Part shown: positions 56,964 through 64,000 of the stretch, in pieces
Numbering within the stretch: position 1 is the first letter of the stretch
Layout of the letters: the number at the start of each line of letters is the position of its first letter
Assembly (NCBI RefSeq): GCF_009914755.1
Contig: NC_060933.1
DNA from: the human T2T-CHM13v2.0 reference genome, Homo sapiens
Reading direction: 5' to 3' (one strand)
DNA: 64,000 nucleotides
Translations under genes and position numbers: made by a program
The notes under the pieces: model-generated
The model's input: only the letters and a program-made list of their open reading frames with translations
Databases searched by the model: none
What the model was told of the DNA's origin: nothing

Positions 56964-57092
56964 TCATTTATCAATGTATGTGTCTTCTAACAGCAGCAAC
57001 AAAACCATAGAAGAATCTTGGGATGGGTTAAAACTGAAAAGCTGCTTTGTTGTTCTTTTTATGGTGGAAAAGCAAAGGAGCTCTTAGATTAA

Positions 57093-57230
<138 letters not shown>

Positions 57231-57987
57231 TAAGTTCCATTTTACAATGACATTTTTTCCTAAATGGGGAACAGGCTCAGGAAGAAAATTAGCATTTGCG
57301 TTAGACGTCTATTTCTACGTCCTCTTTCTCTGCTTCTCATGATCACACCAAACTACAGATGTCAGTCAGTGCTCTACCTGTTGTATAATACAATGTAGCC
57401 TTGGTTTAGCCGTTCTCGCTCTTCACCAGTGACCCCAGAGATCCATTACACAAAGCACTCTGTCACATTCTTGACACTAGTATTTTGGAACAGGTCCTGT
57501 AGTGAGTTTATAGACCAACTAGTATCCATAACTCAGTCTGGCTTTTCTTTTTCAGTTATGTGACCTCGCTAAGATACTTAATTTCTGTAAGCTTCAGTGT
57601 TCTTACCTGTAAAGTGGGATGAGGTAGTGTTTGCAAGGCATTTTGCCTTGACAGTGCCTGGTATGTAGTAAGGACTCGTTAAACGTTAATTATTGGTTTA
57701 TCTTTGTTTTATTTTCTTATCACCACATATGCAGAAAACTCAGGATGTGGTAACTTTGTTGTTTTGTTTGAGTTTGGTTGTGTTTTTCTGTGGGACATGG
57801 CTATCTAATGAGAAAGGAAACTTAGATTGAATACACAGGAGCTACTTGACTAGGCTGACCTTTAGATGGGTTCAGGAGAAAGCCAAGGTTCTGCACAAAT
57901 GAGTCCACCTCTCCAAGCCTCATTACCTTCACTATAAAGTTTGATCGTTCCTGCCGTACCTGCTTCACAGGTCTGTTAGAAAGATCA

Positions 57988-58675
<688 letters not shown>

Positions 58676-58928
58676 TTTAAATACTTTGTAATCAGCAAAA
58701 TACTATTCATATTTAAGGACAGTATCACTATTAATATTCGTATTATTGGATAGTTTAATTTGCCCCACCTTCCCTCACAAGTGGATCCAAAAGTTAAGGA
58801 GAATGGCTACTGGTGTAGTGTTAATTATAGTCCAGTAAAAGCCTCTGGTTGCGTGTGGGCTGGAGGTAGCTTTTTCTTCTATAACCCTTCTAACTATAAG
58901 GCTTTTATTTTTCTGTCAGCCATTGTAA

Positions 58929-59150
<222 letters not shown>

Positions 59151-59462
59151 TAAACTCTGCTTGACACTCAGACCCCATACACACAGCATTAATCCTTGAT
59201 TTGATTTGACTTGGTTTTCTCTGGCTGCAAGACTGGACTATCACAACTTCCTACACATCCACTTTTCTCTCATGTGCAGTCACACTCTGGCATTTTATAA
59301 TCTCTAAACCAAAAACCAAAATGGGTTTTTTTGTGTTTTGCTTTTTTAAAAATGTAATTTAAATATTAGCTTAAATTAAAATAGTTCATGTTTTAATAGT
59401 TGAATAGTCACTTGAATACTCTGTATGTCCACATGTTCCCTAGTATATAACATGGGTTATAA

Positions 59463-59630
<168 letters not shown>

Positions 59631-60946
59631 TGAATATCACTGTTCTGTGGCCCATACTGCCATCACTAAAGTAGATGTTTGATTGGTTGGTCCCCAGGAC
59701 CTCAGTAAAAATCTGGCATTTAGGCCATGCGCAGTGGCTCACACCTTAAGGCTGAGGCAGGAGAATTGCTTAAACCCGGGAAATGGAGGTTGTGGTGAGC
59801 CGAGATTGCACACTGCACTCCAGCTTGGGTGACAGAGCAAGACTCCGTCTTGAAAGAACAAAAAAAAAAATCTGGCATTTAACCCCCAAGATGGTTTAAG
59901 AGTCAAGGTAACCTAGTGTGAAAATGAAGTAAGTGGAAGATTTCATTCTTAGGCCTTTTCTTACTAAAGGAGTTATGTCCGTTTTTTCTTACCTGTTAAC
60001 TTTGGATCTTGATTTTTGTCTATAGCCTAGTGACCACTATTTCCTAGCTCCATTTATTCCAGAAAGATCCAGCCTACCTCCTACATGATAAATTAACAAT
60101 GAACTAAATATAATATTCTTGGCAGTTCGTTGGTTCTTAGCAAACAGCCACAGGGGAGAGGAAAGTGAGGTTCTGTCTAGCAGTATTACCACGGAGATGT
60201 CTCCTCGCAATAGCATCATCCTTTACCTAGAATGTATTTTCCAACTACAACAGTTTTTAAAAATGTGTTTATGTGATTGTTTTCCAAAAAAAAAAAAACT
60301 TCGGAAGCACCCTGTTGGCCAAAAGGCATCTGAATTTAATTGTTTAGTTTTCTTTCTTTGGGAAAACACATGAAGGTTTTTACTTGAGAATTTTTATGAG
60401 AGCTAATTAATGTCTTCACTCCTCACCAGACAGGGTCTCACTTAGGAGCGCAGTGAGTTTTAATTGGCTTTGGTAATACTTAGCAATGTTTATTCCCCTT
60501 GGGCTTTGGCTTGTTCTGTGTATGCACATTGACAAAGTTCCCTTTTTAATTGCGTTCCTTAGAGTTCATGTTTATTTCCTTTTGCTGATGTTCAGATCTT
60601 TTGGTGGTTGCTGGGTAGCAGAATTTAATGGCCACCAAAAGGAGACTAAGCCTCATCTCTATTTAGGAGTTCCTTTTTCATTTGGATCTTGGAACAGGCC
60701 TAAATTTGAAAAAGGTTTATCTGTAATCCACTTGTACCAAAACTATGTGATTTCTGTGTCCTTATATCTCTTCCAAAGCATGTTTTCTTTATAGAATCCA
60801 GGTACTCCTTTGGTGCAGAATGACTATTTTGCTTATTGGGCCAAAGTAGTTTACAAGTGTAGTTACAATTTAGCCTCTCGTGTTGTACAGAATGGGTATG
60901 TCTGCACAGAAGGTAAGCAGTTTTGTGACTATTTATATGTCTATAA

Positions 60947-61066
<120 letters not shown>

Positions 61067-61150
61067 TGAGCCATCCTGTTATTGTTTTATCCATATAGGC
61101 CTGTAGCATCTTCTTAACCCTTTATGGCTATCTGCCAGGTAAATTTTTAG

Positions 61151-61538
<388 letters not shown>

Positions 61539-61689
61539 TATTTGCCTTTAAATTACAATTAATCTGAAATTTCAGAGTTACAAATTACCAGAAAACAAGG
61601 ATTTTCACTCTTGTCCAATGCTACAGGTATATAAGTCTCCCTTCCTGGTTCTGTAAGTTCAGGGAGGCTAGAATCTGTTAGAGAACTTT

Positions 61690-63071
<1,382 letters not shown>

Positions 63072-63255
63072 TCAGCTAGCACCTAAGGCAGATAAGCTTA
63101 GTTGTTGAGTCATTGTTTATGTCAGAAAGGAGCTTCCTGTTAATATGGTTATATGAATAGTTTCAGAAGCATTAATAACTTAAGCTATAATGGCTTAGAA
63201 TACTTTATGTGTTGTAGAAACTGAATAAATATCAGCTGGTTGATTGTTAGTGTGA

Positions 63256-63390
<135 letters not shown>

Positions 63391-63393
63391 TAA

Positions 63394-63609
<216 letters not shown>

Positions 63610-63630
63610 TAAAATAAACACACTGAATGA

Positions 63631-63846
<216 letters not shown>

Positions 63847-64000
63847 TGACACAGACAAACAGTATTGTGTTCCCGTGGAATGCAGGCCAGGCTTTAGCTT
63901 AACTGAGCAGTAAAACAGGAGAGAAATTGACCTACTGGTAAAGGAGCAAATTATAATTTCCTTCCCTCTGCCATACCCTTAGATCTGTGGGAAAGCACGC

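Noticed and set aside
60110-60260. Possible intronic snoRNA in PRPF4 intron 9
   Set aside because: Could not find properly spaced H/ACA or C/D boxes with stems; an Rfam/cmsearch scan would decide

Overview
Primate (sequence matches my recollection of human chr9q32) gene-dense, Alu-rich window. (1) SLC31A1/CTR1 copper transporter on +: the window opens inside its long 5'UTR intron 1; coding exons 2-5 (join 28973..29101, 29937..30009, 31517..31685, 33094..33295; 190 aa) and a ~4 kb 3'UTR with several polyA signals. (2) CDC26 (APC/C subunit, 85 aa) on -, 4 exons, convergent with SLC31A1. (3) PRPF4 (U4/U6 snRNP WD40 protein) on +, exons 1-13, running off the right end; it shares a bidirectional CpG-island promoter with CDC26. 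The rest is ~55 Alus, a young 5'-truncated L1PA2-like insert, old L1M/L2, MaLR LTRs, MER5A/MER20 and a truncated 7SL retrocopy. Most listed ORFs are Alu or L1 artefacts. I cannot support a new gene. The best leads are regulatory: a stop-free in-frame SLC31A1 exon2+3 circle flanked by inverted Alus, an 18-bp tandem ETS/CRE repeat in the shared promoter, a uORF-packed CDC26 5'UTR exon overlapping an L2, and candidate poison/decoy splice sites in PRPF4 and SLC31A1. Exon coordinates were counted by hand; repeat boundaries are approximate.
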